Source: Thermodesulfobacteriota bacterium
GTDB lineage: Bacteria > Desulfobacterota_D > UBA1144
Assembly (NCBI GenBank): GCA_029246845.1
Contig: JAQWMJ010000006.1
Location: forward strand, 22,221-86,220
Reading direction: 5' to 3'
Length of the DNA: 64,000 nt
Part shown: piece by piece, positions 11,701 to 20,512 of the stretch
How the letters are laid out: each line of letters opens with the position of its first letter
How positions within the stretch are numbered: the stretch's first letter is position 1
Notes under the pieces: model-generated
Told to the model about the DNA's origin: nothing
Database searches by the model: none
The model's input: the letters and a program-made list of their open reading frames with translations, nothing else
Made by a program: the position numbers and the translations under genes

Positions 11701-11884
11701 TAGCTCTATAGTTATATACTCGAAGAAATTTAAAAAGTTAAAAGAAATACAGATTGAAATCAGAAATTTGAATTCTGAACCAAAAGAAATAACTAAGTTC
11801 CTTGAAGAAAAATCAAACATAGAAGAAATTTTAAAAAGCGATTATGAAATTGTGAATGGTAAGTTTATAATAGATAACAAATAA
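8759..11884 (+). CDS. mfd: transcription-repair coupling factor
   Basis: 1041 aa; helicase motifs GFGKTEVALRA, DEEHKFGV, TTIVEAGLDI; a TRG-like motif precedes the C-terminal domain. Confidence 0.88.
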   Translation: MNEILKPINKFSMNLEDKKTFSFYESNDFLISKIINQVALESAKDIFYVTKDTKKCKLIIEYLEEVWKKKIFYLGSDVLNSRNNDLNDRNRSLNILYFLGNNNNKIKFIEKENLYHSFSEGINKNKITISTKSVKEDRQRLINSLENFGYKKNEFTEKLGDYSVRGSIIDIFTPSFEAPIRIEFHNDKIRSINTFNIESERRLSESLQEINIVSLKKEISTENALLILDHIKDGIVFTDCAIKNSSDETDRIKKFTNLNKIIEINPIKPRESSESYKFKVEYLNGNLNESIPKLIEFIKEYGSKNQITIISEKNSIENLKIDLAEVKKTEILYRNGFLRKSFISRDTNEIFISFNAQNISKNQSLSSQKYAKSSFKLSGFNDLKKGDLVIHKEFGLCAFNGIKNKLIGSMHVDFIECEFSHKDLLLIPIDRISLIQKYIGSLKNKSLDTLRSKAWGGKVKKAKRAAETTAREILSLYAQRKSAKGFQFKINNNEILDFEDTFEFEETVDQKSAILDTYKDMQAPIPMDRLICGDVGFGKTEVALRASFLSSMNLKQTAVVAPTTLLAHQHLKTFKNRFQKFPIRIEGVTRFTNKSDLNKIIEDSVNGKIDILIGTHKIFSKEIVLKNLGLIIIDEEHKFGVSDKEKIKQLKKGVDSLSISATPIPRTLQLSLSGLREISLLATPPKERLSIETYIEEFDLLLIKESIDFELKRNGRVFFIHNEIASIEKIYLKIKKICPGIKIEFIHGRMTGDKVEGILKQFIDGDIKILITTTIVEAGLDIREANTMIINNAHKFGLSDLYQLRGRIGRGDKKGKAFLLIPNEEISDNAKKRLEAIRKLTKLGSGFNIAMEDLEIRGAGNLFGTQQSGNIFDVGIEFYLELLEKEINKVKNNNIDENQEAEVIYNQNVYIPENYIESAERRLFYYKKISLVTTKREYLDLIEELLDKFGLVPLEVQNLINISLIKINLQRMGVHKILIKDSSIVIYSKKFKKLKEIQIEIRNLNSEPKEITKFLEEKSNIEEILKSDYEIVNGKFIIDNK

Positions 11885-11889
11885 ATATT

Positions 11890-12789
11890 ATGAAACTTAA
11901 ACATCTTTTTATATTTTTCTTTCTTTTATTGTCACCAATAAGCTCTAACGCTAGTGTAGACGAAGGTATTGTGGCGATTGTAAATAATGAGGTGATTTTC
12001 TTAAGTGATTTAAGAAATCATATTAAGGATAGCGGGGTCACTTCGGCAAACAAGGAAGTCCAAAGAAAGTACCTAAAAGAGCTTGCTGATCTTAAACTAT
12101 TAGAAATTCAAGCAAAAAGAATGGGGATATCTCTGACAGAAGAACAATTAGATAAAGTACAAGAAAACTTTATTAAAACAAATACAAAAGAAAAAGTTGA
12201 TAGCGAAATTGCCAGAACAGGTATTAATCTTTATAGAATTAGATTTGGTTGGAAAAGCCAATATCTACAAGAAAGTATCTCAGCAATTATATTAAGAAGT
12301 AAAATTGTAATTTCAGAAGAAGAAACCAGAAACTTTTATCTAAGCAATTATGGGGAACTAAAAGAACAGAACCTTGCTAATCTGCATATTATTTTTATAA
12401 AGAATAATCCAGAATCAAAAAATAAAGTTATTGAATTTGTTGAACTAATTAATAATGAAGAAAGCTTTAATGCGAACTTAGAAGAATTTACCAAAAATGG
12501 TTATTTTCTTCCTGAGTCTAGAAGCTTGGGATACATCAGTGTTGATGATTTGAATGATGAAATCTCAGAATCTATAGCAAAATCTAAACTAAAAGAACTT
12601 GTAGGCCCATTTGAAGATGGTAATAAAATCAAATACTTCTATGTAAATGAGAAAATAATCGGCGACTCTGAGTATTTTAATCTAAGAGATGAAATCAAAA
12701 AAACTATAGGGGATGAAAAACAATACGAAATTCTAGATGACTGGTTCCAAGATTTAAGAGACAATGCTTATATTTCCTTAAGGCTTTAA
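11890..12789 (+). CDS. SurA-like periplasmic chaperone / parvulin-type PPIase (degenerate)
   Basis: Signal peptide MKLKHLFIFFFLLLSPISSNA, SurA N-domain-like region, C-terminal parvulin-like segment; 299 aa. Confidence 0.55.
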   Translation: MKLKHLFIFFFLLLSPISSNASVDEGIVAIVNNEVIFLSDLRNHIKDSGVTSANKEVQRKYLKELADLKLLEIQAKRMGISLTEEQLDKVQENFIKTNTKEKVDSEIARTGINLYRIRFGWKSQYLQESISAIILRSKIVISEEETRNFYLSNYGELKEQNLANLHIIFIKNNPESKNKVIEFVELINNEESFNANLEEFTKNGYFLPESRSLGYISVDDLNDEISESIAKSKLKELVGPFEDGNKIKYFYVNEKIIGDSEYFNLRDEIKKTIGDEKQYEILDDWFQDLRDNAYISLRL

Positions 12790-12790
12790 G

Positions 12791-15700
12791 CTAGGCCTCC
12801 ATATAGTCCTCGATTGGGACGCAACTACAAACAAAATTCCTATCTCCAAAAGCATTATTCACTCTGCCAACTGGTGCAATATACCTAGAAACATTCATCT
12901 CAAGATGTTGAACGGGAAAAGCCTCAGAGATTGTATAGTCAAAATTATTGTTAATTATATCAAAAAAGGTATGAGGCGCACTCTTTAGCGGGGAGAGTTT
13001 GATATCGTCAATATTGGAATACTTAATTATTTCAGCATGAATGCTAATCAATGCGTTGCAAAACCTGTCTATCTCTACTTTTGACTCACTTTCTGTTGGC
13101 TCTATCATTAAAGTACCGGGTACGGGAAATGACATAGTTGGAGCATGAAAACCATAATCGATTAACCTCTTAGCTATATCCTCCTCAGTTATTCCATGAA
13201 TTTTCTTTAGGTCTCTTAGGTCAATAATGCATTCGTGTGCGACCCTATTGTTTCTGCCAGTATATAAAATAGGATAATAATTTTTAAGTTTGTCAGCAAT
13301 ATAGTTTGCATTAAGTATAGCAACTTGGGTTGCCTTCTTGATTCCGGCTGAGCCCATCATCATTATATACATTAATGAGATTGGCAAAATTGAAGCGCTA
13401 CCCCAAGGGGCAGAGGCAATAGAGCCAAAACCGTTTTTAGGACCTGCGCTCTTAACAACGATATGATTAGGCATAAAATTAGCCAAATGCTTCTTGACTG
13501 CTATTGGCCCAACACCAGGACCGCCGCCGCCATGAGGTATACAAAAAGTTTTATGAAGATTAATGTGGCAAAGATCTGGGCCAAAATTTCCAGGTTTGGA
13601 GATCCCTACAATTGCATTTAGATTAGCTCCATCCATGTATACTTGTCCACCAGCATCGTGAATCATCCTACATATTTTTCCGATGCTTTCCTCGAAAACT
13701 CCGTGAGTAGAAGGATAAGTGACCATTAGAGCAGCAATTTTATCGGGAAACTCTTGAATCTTATAAGACAAATCTTTTGTATCGACATTACCATGTTCAT
13801 CGCATTTAACTATTACAACTTTAAACCCTGCCAATATTGCGCTCGCAGGATTAGTTCCATGAGCAGAGCTAGGTATCAAGCATATGTCTCTTTTCTCATC
13901 ATTTGTTGCCTCTTGAAAGGCCTTTATTGTCATTAAGCCTGCTAACTCACCTTGAGCTCCAGCATTGGGTTGAAGCGAAACAGCGTCAAATCCTGTAATT
14001 CTTGAAAGAGTTTCCTGGAGTTTGCTTATTACAAATTCATAACCTTTAATCTGAGATTTAGGAACAAAAGGATGGATTGAATTTACTTTCTTCCACCCAA
14101 TGGGAATCATCTCAGAAGTAGAATTAAGCTTCATTGTACATGACCCAAGAGGAATCATTGACTTATTCAAAGCAATGTCTTTATCTTCTAGCTTCTTGAG
14201 ATATCTAAGTAAATCAGTCTCTGATTTATTAACATTAAACACTGGATGAGTTAAAAAGTCTTGACCTCTTAGTTGATCATTTTTAATGTTTTGAATTTCT
14301 AAAGAAATAGATTCGTCTACCAAAGTTAAGTCAATTTTTTTTATACTTCCAAAGCAACTGAGTATTAAAAGTAGGTCTTCTAAGTTTGTTGTCTCATCCA
14401 AAGATATTGTTAATTGCTCATTGGAAAAATACCTGAAATTAATTTTATTTTTTATTGATTTCTTTCTTATAGAAGAAATTTTGTCTCTAGGACATTTGAT
14501 ACTTATTGTATCAAAATAAGTCTTATTTCCATTAACAAATCCCATATCGAGCAAAGACTTGCTTAATATTCTTGCAAGTCGATGAACTCTTAACGCAATT
14601 TTTCTTAGTCCTACTGGGCCGTGGTAAATTGCATAAGCTGAAGCAACTATTGCTAGAAGTGATTGAGCGGTGCAAATGTTACTAGTGGCTTTCTCTCGCC
14701 TTATATGTTGTTCTCTTGTTTGCAATGCCATCCTATATGCTAAGTTGTCGTTCTTGTCTATAGATCTTCCGATTATTCTTCCTGGAAGCAAACGTTTAAA
14801 TTCCTCTCTACATGAAATAAAAGCAGCATGTGGTCCTCCAAATCCAATTGGAACACCAAATCTTTGAGAAGTACCAACTGCAATATCCGCTCCAAGCTCA
14901 CCCGGGGGCTTCAAAATTGTTAGAGACAAAATATCACATGCCAGGATTGATATAGAGTTTTGAGCTTTGGCTAGGGAAATTGTCAATTTATAATCTTGGA
15001 CACTTCCAAGAGTGTCAGGGTACTGAGCTATAAAACCAAAAAATAAATTACCATGCTCTTTAATTAATAAGTTTAAATCTCCAACCTTTATTTCAATTCC
15101 TAGGGGCTTAGCCCTTGTTTGTATTAAATCTATAGTTTGGGGGTGACAAAATTCTGAGACCAAAAAAAGAGTCCTATTATTTTTAGATTGCCTAAACGCA
15201 AGAATCATTGCTTCAACTGCAGCGGTCCCCTCATCCAAGAGGGAAGCATTGGCCACCTCTAGTCCCGTAAGATCCATTATCATTTGTTGATAGTTTATAA
15301 GCATTTCAAGTCTGCCCTGAGATACTTCAGGTTGATATGGGGTATAGGCAGTATACCAACCGGGATTTTCCAAAATATTCCTCAGAATAATTGTAGGCGT
15401 AATTGTGTCATGATATCCCATTCCAATATAGCTTTTAAATAAGTCATTTTGGCTAATCTTTGAATCTAGAAAACTTAAAGCCTCTTGTTCATCCATTGGA
15501 GCATCTAAATCAACCGGAACATCAAGTAAGATTTGATTAGGAACAGTTGTTTGGATGAGTTGCTCTAAGTCACCGTAGCCTAAGCTCGTCAACATAGAGT
15601 TTATTTCATTATCTGAAGGTCCAATATGGCGATCTATAAAAGAATCTTTTTTTCCGACCTCAGAATATGAAGAATTGATATTAATCTTACTGTCCATCAA
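12791..15700 (-). CDS. gcvP: glycine dehydrogenase (decarboxylating), single-chain P protein
   Basis: 969 aa; PLP-lysine region and both halves present in one ORF; heads a gcvT-gcvH-gcvP string. Confidence 0.88.
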   Translation of the reverse strand: MMDSKININSSYSEVGKKDSFIDRHIGPSDNEINSMLTSLGYGDLEQLIQTTVPNQILLDVPVDLDAPMDEQEALSFLDSKISQNDLFKSYIGMGYHDTITPTIILRNILENPGWYTAYTPYQPEVSQGRLEMLINYQQMIMDLTGLEVANASLLDEGTAAVEAMILAFRQSKNNRTLFLVSEFCHPQTIDLIQTRAKPLGIEIKVGDLNLLIKEHGNLFFGFIAQYPDTLGSVQDYKLTISLAKAQNSISILACDILSLTILKPPGELGADIAVGTSQRFGVPIGFGGPHAAFISCREEFKRLLPGRIIGRSIDKNDNLAYRMALQTREQHIRREKATSNICTAQSLLAIVASAYAIYHGPVGLRKIALRVHRLARILSKSLLDMGFVNGNKTYFDTISIKCPRDKISSIRKKSIKNKINFRYFSNEQLTISLDETTNLEDLLLILSCFGSIKKIDLTLVDESISLEIQNIKNDQLRGQDFLTHPVFNVNKSETDLLRYLKKLEDKDIALNKSMIPLGSCTMKLNSTSEMIPIGWKKVNSIHPFVPKSQIKGYEFVISKLQETLSRITGFDAVSLQPNAGAQGELAGLMTIKAFQEATNDEKRDICLIPSSAHGTNPASAILAGFKVVIVKCDEHGNVDTKDLSYKIQEFPDKIAALMVTYPSTHGVFEESIGKICRMIHDAGGQVYMDGANLNAIVGISKPGNFGPDLCHINLHKTFCIPHGGGGPGVGPIAVKKHLANFMPNHIVVKSAGPKNGFGSIASAPWGSASILPISLMYIMMMGSAGIKKATQVAILNANYIADKLKNYYPILYTGRNNRVAHECIIDLRDLKKIHGITEEDIAKRLIDYGFHAPTMSFPVPGTLMIEPTESESKVEIDRFCNALISIHAEIIKYSNIDDIKLSPLKSAPHTFFDIINNNFDYTISEAFPVQHLEMNVSRYIAPVGRVNNAFGDRNFVCSCVPIEDYMEA

Positions 15701-16073
15701 TTAAATTCTTGTACTCCTCAGAACTTAGCAATATTTCTATATCTGCAATGTTAGTTGGGCTAATTTTTATCATCCAACCTTCGCTATATGGGCTTGAATT
15801 TATTAACTCTGGTTCATTCTCAACGGAAGCATTAACCTCAGTTACTGTTCCTGCCACAGGCGTATAAAGGTCAGATACCGATTTAGTCGACTCTACTGCC
15901 CCAAAAACAGAAGACTTTTCTAAAACATCCCCTACTTTGGGAAGCTCAACAAAAACTATTTCACCTAAAGAATCTTGAGCATGATCGGTAATTCCTATTG
16001 AAACATGGTCGCCATCAAGTCGAATCCATTCATGATCATTGCTATATTTTAAATCTTTTATAATCTCAGACAT
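15687..16073 (-). CDS. gcvH: glycine cleavage system H protein
   Basis: 128 aa; lipoyl-lysine motif VESTKSVSDLYTPV. Confidence 0.88.
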   Translation of the reverse strand: MSEIIKDLKYSNDHEWIRLDGDHVSIGITDHAQDSLGEIVFVELPKVGDVLEKSSVFGAVESTKSVSDLYTPVAGTVTEVNASVENEPELINSSPYSEGWMIKISPTNIADIEILLSSEEYKNLIDGQ

Positions 16074-16087
16074 TATTAACTCCTAGG

Positions 16088-17197
16088 TTAGACAAATGGA
16101 TAACGAACCCTTTTGACTTTCTTTTTATCATTCCTTATTTTAACTTCAATATCTTCTATTTCCGAAAAATCTTTCTTAATAATTCCAAGTCCAATTCCTT
16201 CATTTAAAGAAGGCGAAAAAGTTCCACTAGTTACATAGCCAATTTCATCATTATTTGAAAAGATTTTATATCCAGCTCTAGGAATACCCATATCTGTCAT
16301 CTTAAAACCGATTAATGTAAAATCACTATTTTTAGAAAGGACTTCTAGGGAGACTTTGCCAATAAAATCTGCTTTGGAGAAATCTATAAATCTTTCCAGA
16401 TTAGCAACTATCGGATTCAATTTTTCACTGAGTTCATTTCCATGAAGCGGGAAACCCTTTTCTAACCGAAGAGTGTCTCTAGAACCTAGCCCGCAAGGTT
16501 CAATGTTTGCTATCTCAGCTATAATTTTTAAATATATTTCATTTAGAACTTCGTTAGGAACAAAAAGCTCGAATCCGTCTTCACCGGTATAGCCAGTTCT
16601 AGCTATTAAAAAATTATCTCCATTAGGACAGGAATGATTTAATTTTGATTTAAATTCAACATTTAATTCATTCACCCTTGAAATTGAATATTTTTTTATG
16701 CTTTGTATGTGAGAATTAGGGAAAAGTTTGGCGACTTCTTCCACTGCTCTTGGTCCTTGTATTGCTAGTTGACCATAAAAACTTGTTAGGTTCTTTATTG
16801 TAACCTCATAATCACCTGAGTTAGAATTTAGCCAATTAAAAACGTTTTCAACATTGCCGGCATTTACGCAAACAAAAAATCTAAGATCATTTAATTTGTA
16901 TATTATTACATCATCCACAACCCCGCCTTCATTGTTACAAAAAAATCCATAGCGAGCTTGTCCTTTTTTTAAATCTGAGATTTTATTTGTAAAAGTAAAA
17001 TTAACAAAATTTTCAGCATCGGCCCCTTCTATTTCTATCTCGCCCATGTGGCTGACATCAAAAATACCTACGCTACTTCTTACATGTCGGTGCTCCTGTT
17101 TTAAATCTTTGAACCAAACTGGCATATTCCATCCATTAAAATTAACAAACTTAGCATTCATTTTTTTATGAATTTCAAAAAGAGGGGTTACTTTCAT
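16088..17197 (-). CDS. gcvT: aminomethyltransferase (glycine cleavage T protein)
   Basis: 369 aa; GcvT fold motifs; first gene of the gcv operon; ATG at 17195-17197. Confidence 0.85.
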   Translation of the reverse strand: MKVTPLFEIHKKMNAKFVNFNGWNMPVWFKDLKQEHRHVRSSVGIFDVSHMGEIEIEGADAENFVNFTFTNKISDLKKGQARYGFFCNNEGGVVDDVIIYKLNDLRFFVCVNAGNVENVFNWLNSNSGDYEVTIKNLTSFYGQLAIQGPRAVEEVAKLFPNSHIQSIKKYSISRVNELNVEFKSKLNHSCPNGDNFLIARTGYTGEDGFELFVPNEVLNEIYLKIIAEIANIEPCGLGSRDTLRLEKGFPLHGNELSEKLNPIVANLERFIDFSKADFIGKVSLEVLSKNSDFTLIGFKMTDMGIPRAGYKIFSNNDEIGYVTSGTFSPSLNEGIGLGIIKKDFSEIEDIEVKIRNDKKKVKRVRYPFV

Positions 17198-17330
17198 ACT
17201 ACTATTTTACCTAATTATATTCATACTTTTAGGATTTAAAAATTTAAAATATAATTTGGAGATTATAAGCTAGTTTATTATACAAAATTAAAGGAATTTG
17301 ATATAAATCAGGGTTTTTGGACCGCAAATT

Positions 17331-17672
17331 CTAGACAACTTCTGCTATTAGTTTCTTAAATTGCTCAGGGCTATTCATAGCTAACTCAGAAAGCACTTTT
17401 CTGTCAAGATCAATATTCTTAGTTTTAAGCGAGTGTATAAATTTACTATAAGTTACTCCCTCTTCTCTTAAGGCAGCATTGATTCTAATAATCCACAATG
17501 CCCTGTTAGTTCTCTTTTTAACTCTTCTATCGCGATACGAAAAGGCCATAGCCCTTAATAAAGTTTCCTTGGCTCTTTTAAAGACATTCTTTCTTTGACC
17601 CCAAAAACCTTTTGTTTGTTTTAAAAGTCTTTTTTTTCTTTTTTTACTTGCTACGCTTGATTTTACTCTCAT
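17331..17672 (-). CDS. rplT: 50S ribosomal protein L20
   Basis: 113 aa, basic, RAKETLLRAMAFSYRDRR...; follows rpmI. Confidence 0.88.
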   Translation of the reverse strand: MRVKSSVASKKRKKRLLKQTKGFWGQRKNVFKRAKETLLRAMAFSYRDRRVKKRTNRALWIIRINAALREEGVTYSKFIHSLKTKNIDLDRKVLSELAMNSPEQFKKLIAEVV

Positions 17673-17688
17673 CTAAATCCCCTAAATT

Positions 17689-17889
17689 CTAAGCAAAGAT
17701 TACTTTTCTTAAATCTCTAGCTTTTCTACCTTCTACAGTTCCATCTTCTTTTAATCTTCTAATTCTTGATTGCGCCTTATGAACATTGCAATGATGCTTG
17801 CTACCTTTAATTCTTTTAAGCTTACCATTGGGCTTAAGTTTAAACCTTTTAGCCGCACTTCTATTGGACTTCATTTTTTGTACTGACAT
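17689..17889 (-). CDS. rpmI: 50S ribosomal protein L35
   Basis: 66 aa, ...SAAKRFK... motif; the start may instead be the internal Met (MKSNRSAAKRF) at about 17874. Confidence 0.8.
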   Translation of the reverse strand: MSVQKMKSNRSAAKRFKLKPNGKLKRIKGSKHHCNVHKAQSRIRRLKEDGTVEGRKARDLRKVIFA

Positions 17890-18409
17890 TTTCTTTTTTA
17901 ACCGCCTTTATTAACTTTTTTGGTAAAACCATTAAAGTTAGATTTTTTCCTTCAAATTTTGGTTCGTTATCTAATTCACCTGACTCTGAAACCGTTTCTA
18001 TTATTTTTGCTACTAATTCTTCTCCTATTTTTTTGTGGACAATCTCTCTTCCTTTGAACCACAATCTTATCTTAACTTTATTTCCATCGGCCAAGAATCC
18101 TTTTAGCCTATTTATTTTAACATTAAAATCGTTTTCTCCAATATTAGGTCTAAATTTTATTTCTTTTAAAACTTGCGCCTTTGGCTTCTTTTGACCGCTT
18201 TGCTGTTTTTTCTGATCATACAAGAACTTCCCATAGTCCATAATTTTACAAACTGGGGGTGCTGCGTCAGGGGAAATCTCAACTAAATCCGTAGAGCTTG
18301 CTTTTGCAGTAGCTAATGCTTCATCTATAGAAACAATCCCCACCTGAGCTCCGTCCAATCCTATGAGCCTAACTTCTTTGGCTCTAATAGAATTATTAAT
18401 TCTTTGCAA
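17861..18409 (-). CDS. infC: translation initiation factor IF-3 (non-ATG start)
   Basis: ...INNSIRAKEVRLIG... IF3 N-domain; the track start at 18409 is TTG, and ATT codons lie just inside; the C-terminus overlaps rpmI. Confidence 0.8.
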   Translation of the reverse strand: MQRINNSIRAKEVRLIGLDGAQVGIVSIDEALATAKASSTDLVEISPDAAPPVCKIMDYGKFLYDQKKQQSGQKKPKAQVLKEIKFRPNIGENDFNVKINRLKGFLADGNKVKIRLWFKGREIVHKKIGEELVAKIIETVSESGELDNEPKFEGKNLTLMVLPKKLIKAVKKENVSTKNEVQ

Positions 18410-18438
18410 AGGCTTTCTTGGACTATATTTTTTTCTTT

Positions 18439-20343
18439 TTATAGAAGAACCTCCATTTTCTCATTTTTCATAATATTTTCAAATTCAGATATTTTTAATT
18501 CTCCTAACTGCTCTCCACCATACTTTCTGACACTAACTGTGTTGTTCTCAACTTCCGATTTTCCTATTGTTAAAACATAGGGAATTTTATTTATTGATGC
18601 TTCTCTAATTTTCAAACCTAACTTTTCATTCCTTTTATCAATTTCAACCCTAATTTTTAATTTTCTAAATGTTTTATCAAGAAAATCAGAATAATCAAAT
18701 TGTTCATCTGAAACGGTGAGAATCTTAACTTGAACAGGTGCTAGCCAAAAAGGAAATGCACCAGCGTAGTGTTCAATCAGTATTCCAAAGAAACGCTCAA
18801 ATGATCCAAAGATTGCCCTGTGTATCATTACTGGCTGAAGTCTATCATTATTACGTGAAATATAATTAAGGTCAAATCTTTTTGGTAAGTTAAAGTCGAC
18901 TTGAACTGTTGAACATTGCCAAGAACGCCCTAAGACATCTTTTATTTTGAGGTCAATCTTGGGCCCATAAAAAGCGCCGCCTCCTTCATCAACAGCGAAA
19001 TTAAGAGATTTGCTTGCTAATGAATTTTTTAAAGCATTGGTTGCCTGTTCCCATTCATCATCAGAACCCACGTATTTACTAGGTTTTGTTGAAACAAAGA
19101 TTTCATAGTCTTTAAAACCAAATGCATTTAAAAACTTAGTAGTTAGATTAATAACTTTTTCAACTTCTTCTTCAATCTGCTCCAAGGTACAAAAAATATG
19201 TGCATCATCTTGAGTAAAGCCTCTAGCCCTAAAAAGACCGTGTAAAACACCTGATCTTTCATATCTATAGACTGTTCCAATTTCTGCAAACTTAACTGGC
19301 AAGTCTTTATAGCTTCTCAGTTCACTCTTGTATATCATGATATGAAAGGGGCAATTCATTGGTTTTGTTAGATATTTGCTAGAATCTATGTCCATCGGTG
19401 AAAACATATTTTCACTATAAAACTCTGTGTGGCCTGATGTCTCCCATAAATCTGCTTTTGCTATATGGGGTGTGAAAATCAAACTATATCCAGACTCTAC
19501 GTGTTCGTCTCTCCAAAAGTCTTCTATAATTCTTCTGATAGTGGCCCCGTTAGGATGCCAAAGAATTAGTCCTGGACCTATTTCATCTGTGATAGAAAAG
19601 AGGTTTAACTCTTTCCCTAACTTTCTGTGGTCTCGCTTTTTAGCCTCTTCTAATAAGGCTAAATATTTTTTTAAATCTTTTCTAGAAAAAAAAGCAGTTC
19701 CATAAATTCTTTGAAGAGATTCACGATTTTCATCTCCCCTCCAATAAGAACCTGCAACACTTAAAAGTTTAAAAGACTTTATATAAGAGGTGTTTGGAAC
19801 ATGTGGACCTCTGCAGAGGTCGAACCATATGTTTTGATAGTATAAAGAGATTTCTTCACCAGGAGGGAATCCTTCAATTATTTCTTCCTTGAATGACTCT
19901 CCCAGCTTATTAAACTCTTTTAAGGCTAGCTCCTTAGAAATTAATTTCTTTGACATCGGTAGTTCTTGATCAATTATTTCTTGCATCTTCTTCTCGAAAA
20001 GCAGAAGGTCTTCCTCTGTAAAGTTCCTTTCGGAAGAAAAATCATAATAAAATCCATTCTCAATAACTGGTCCAATTGTTACCTTAGTTTCAGGATAAAC
20101 TGCTTGAACCGCTTCGGCTAAAACATGAGCAGCAGTGTGCCGTATAAGTCCTAAGCCCAATTCAGTATCTTTAAAAACTGGAACTAGTTTGTCGTTCTCC
20201 TGAACAATATGAAATAAATCGGTCAGTTCGCCATTAATTGTGGCACCTATTAATGAGCTATCGTAATTAAGACCACAAAAAACCTCACCTATTGATTTAC
20301 CTATCTCAACGTCAAACTCTTCTTCTTTTATATATACCTTCAT
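18439..20343 (-). CDS. thrS: threonyl-tRNA synthetase
   Basis: 634 aa; TGS/second-site region plus class II core (FRARGFTQDDAHIF..., HRAIFGSFERF). Confidence 0.88.
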   Translation of the reverse strand: MKVYIKEEEFDVEIGKSIGEVFCGLNYDSSLIGATINGELTDLFHIVQENDKLVPVFKDTELGLGLIRHTAAHVLAEAVQAVYPETKVTIGPVIENGFYYDFSSERNFTEEDLLLFEKKMQEIIDQELPMSKKLISKELALKEFNKLGESFKEEIIEGFPPGEEISLYYQNIWFDLCRGPHVPNTSYIKSFKLLSVAGSYWRGDENRESLQRIYGTAFFSRKDLKKYLALLEEAKKRDHRKLGKELNLFSITDEIGPGLILWHPNGATIRRIIEDFWRDEHVESGYSLIFTPHIAKADLWETSGHTEFYSENMFSPMDIDSSKYLTKPMNCPFHIMIYKSELRSYKDLPVKFAEIGTVYRYERSGVLHGLFRARGFTQDDAHIFCTLEQIEEEVEKVINLTTKFLNAFGFKDYEIFVSTKPSKYVGSDDEWEQATNALKNSLASKSLNFAVDEGGGAFYGPKIDLKIKDVLGRSWQCSTVQVDFNLPKRFDLNYISRNNDRLQPVMIHRAIFGSFERFFGILIEHYAGAFPFWLAPVQVKILTVSDEQFDYSDFLDKTFRKLKIRVEIDKRNEKLGLKIREASINKIPYVLTIGKSEVENNTVSVRKYGGEQLGELKISEFENIMKNEKMEVLL

Positions 20344-20356
20344 AATTAATCTTAAA

Positions 20357-20428
20357 TGAGCACGAGTGGATTTGAACCACCGACCTCTTGCATGTCAAGC
20401 AAGCGCTCTCCCCCTGAGCTACGCGCTC
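20357..20428 (-). tRNA. tRNA-Val (anticodon GAC)
   Basis: Hand-folded cloverleaf: acceptor GAGCGCG/CGUGCUC, D-arm GCUC-AGGGGGA-GAGC, anticodon stem CUUGC/GCAAG with loop UUGACAU, T-arm GGUGG-UUCAAAU-CCACU; CCA is not encoded. Confidence 0.8.
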
Positions 20429-20478
20429 ATACTTCCTAAATGAAATATTGTATAGAGGACAAAAATATAAATCAAATT

Positions 20479-20506
20479 TTGTTCTTTGCTCTGATTAATT
20501 TATAAT
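20479..20506 (+). promoter_or_regulatory. candidate sigma70-type promoter for purC (TTGTTC-16 bp-TATAAT), the -10 ending 6 nt before the ATG, implying a leaderless or near-leaderless transcript
   Basis: TTGTTC at 20479-20484, TATAAT at 20501-20506, purC ATG at 20513, no Shine-Dalgarno between them. Confidence 0.3.
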
Positions 20507-20512
20507 TCTTAA

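Noticed and set aside
17198-17330. Possible glycine riboswitch upstream of gcvT (common in front of gcvT operons)
   Set aside because: I reverse-complemented the 133-nt spacer. It contains none of the conserved glycine-aptamer elements (GGAGAG...CACCGAAGG-type cores) and is too short and AT-rich for tandem aptamers. It looks like a plain promoter region with TATAAT-like hexamers.
20344-20512. tRNA-Val and tRNA-CAT (56804-56875) as possible integration sites for mobile elements
   Set aside because: Both are flanked directly by core housekeeping genes (thrS/purC and nadA/yhhQ). There is no integrase, direct-repeat duplicate of a tRNA 3' end, or compositional shift.
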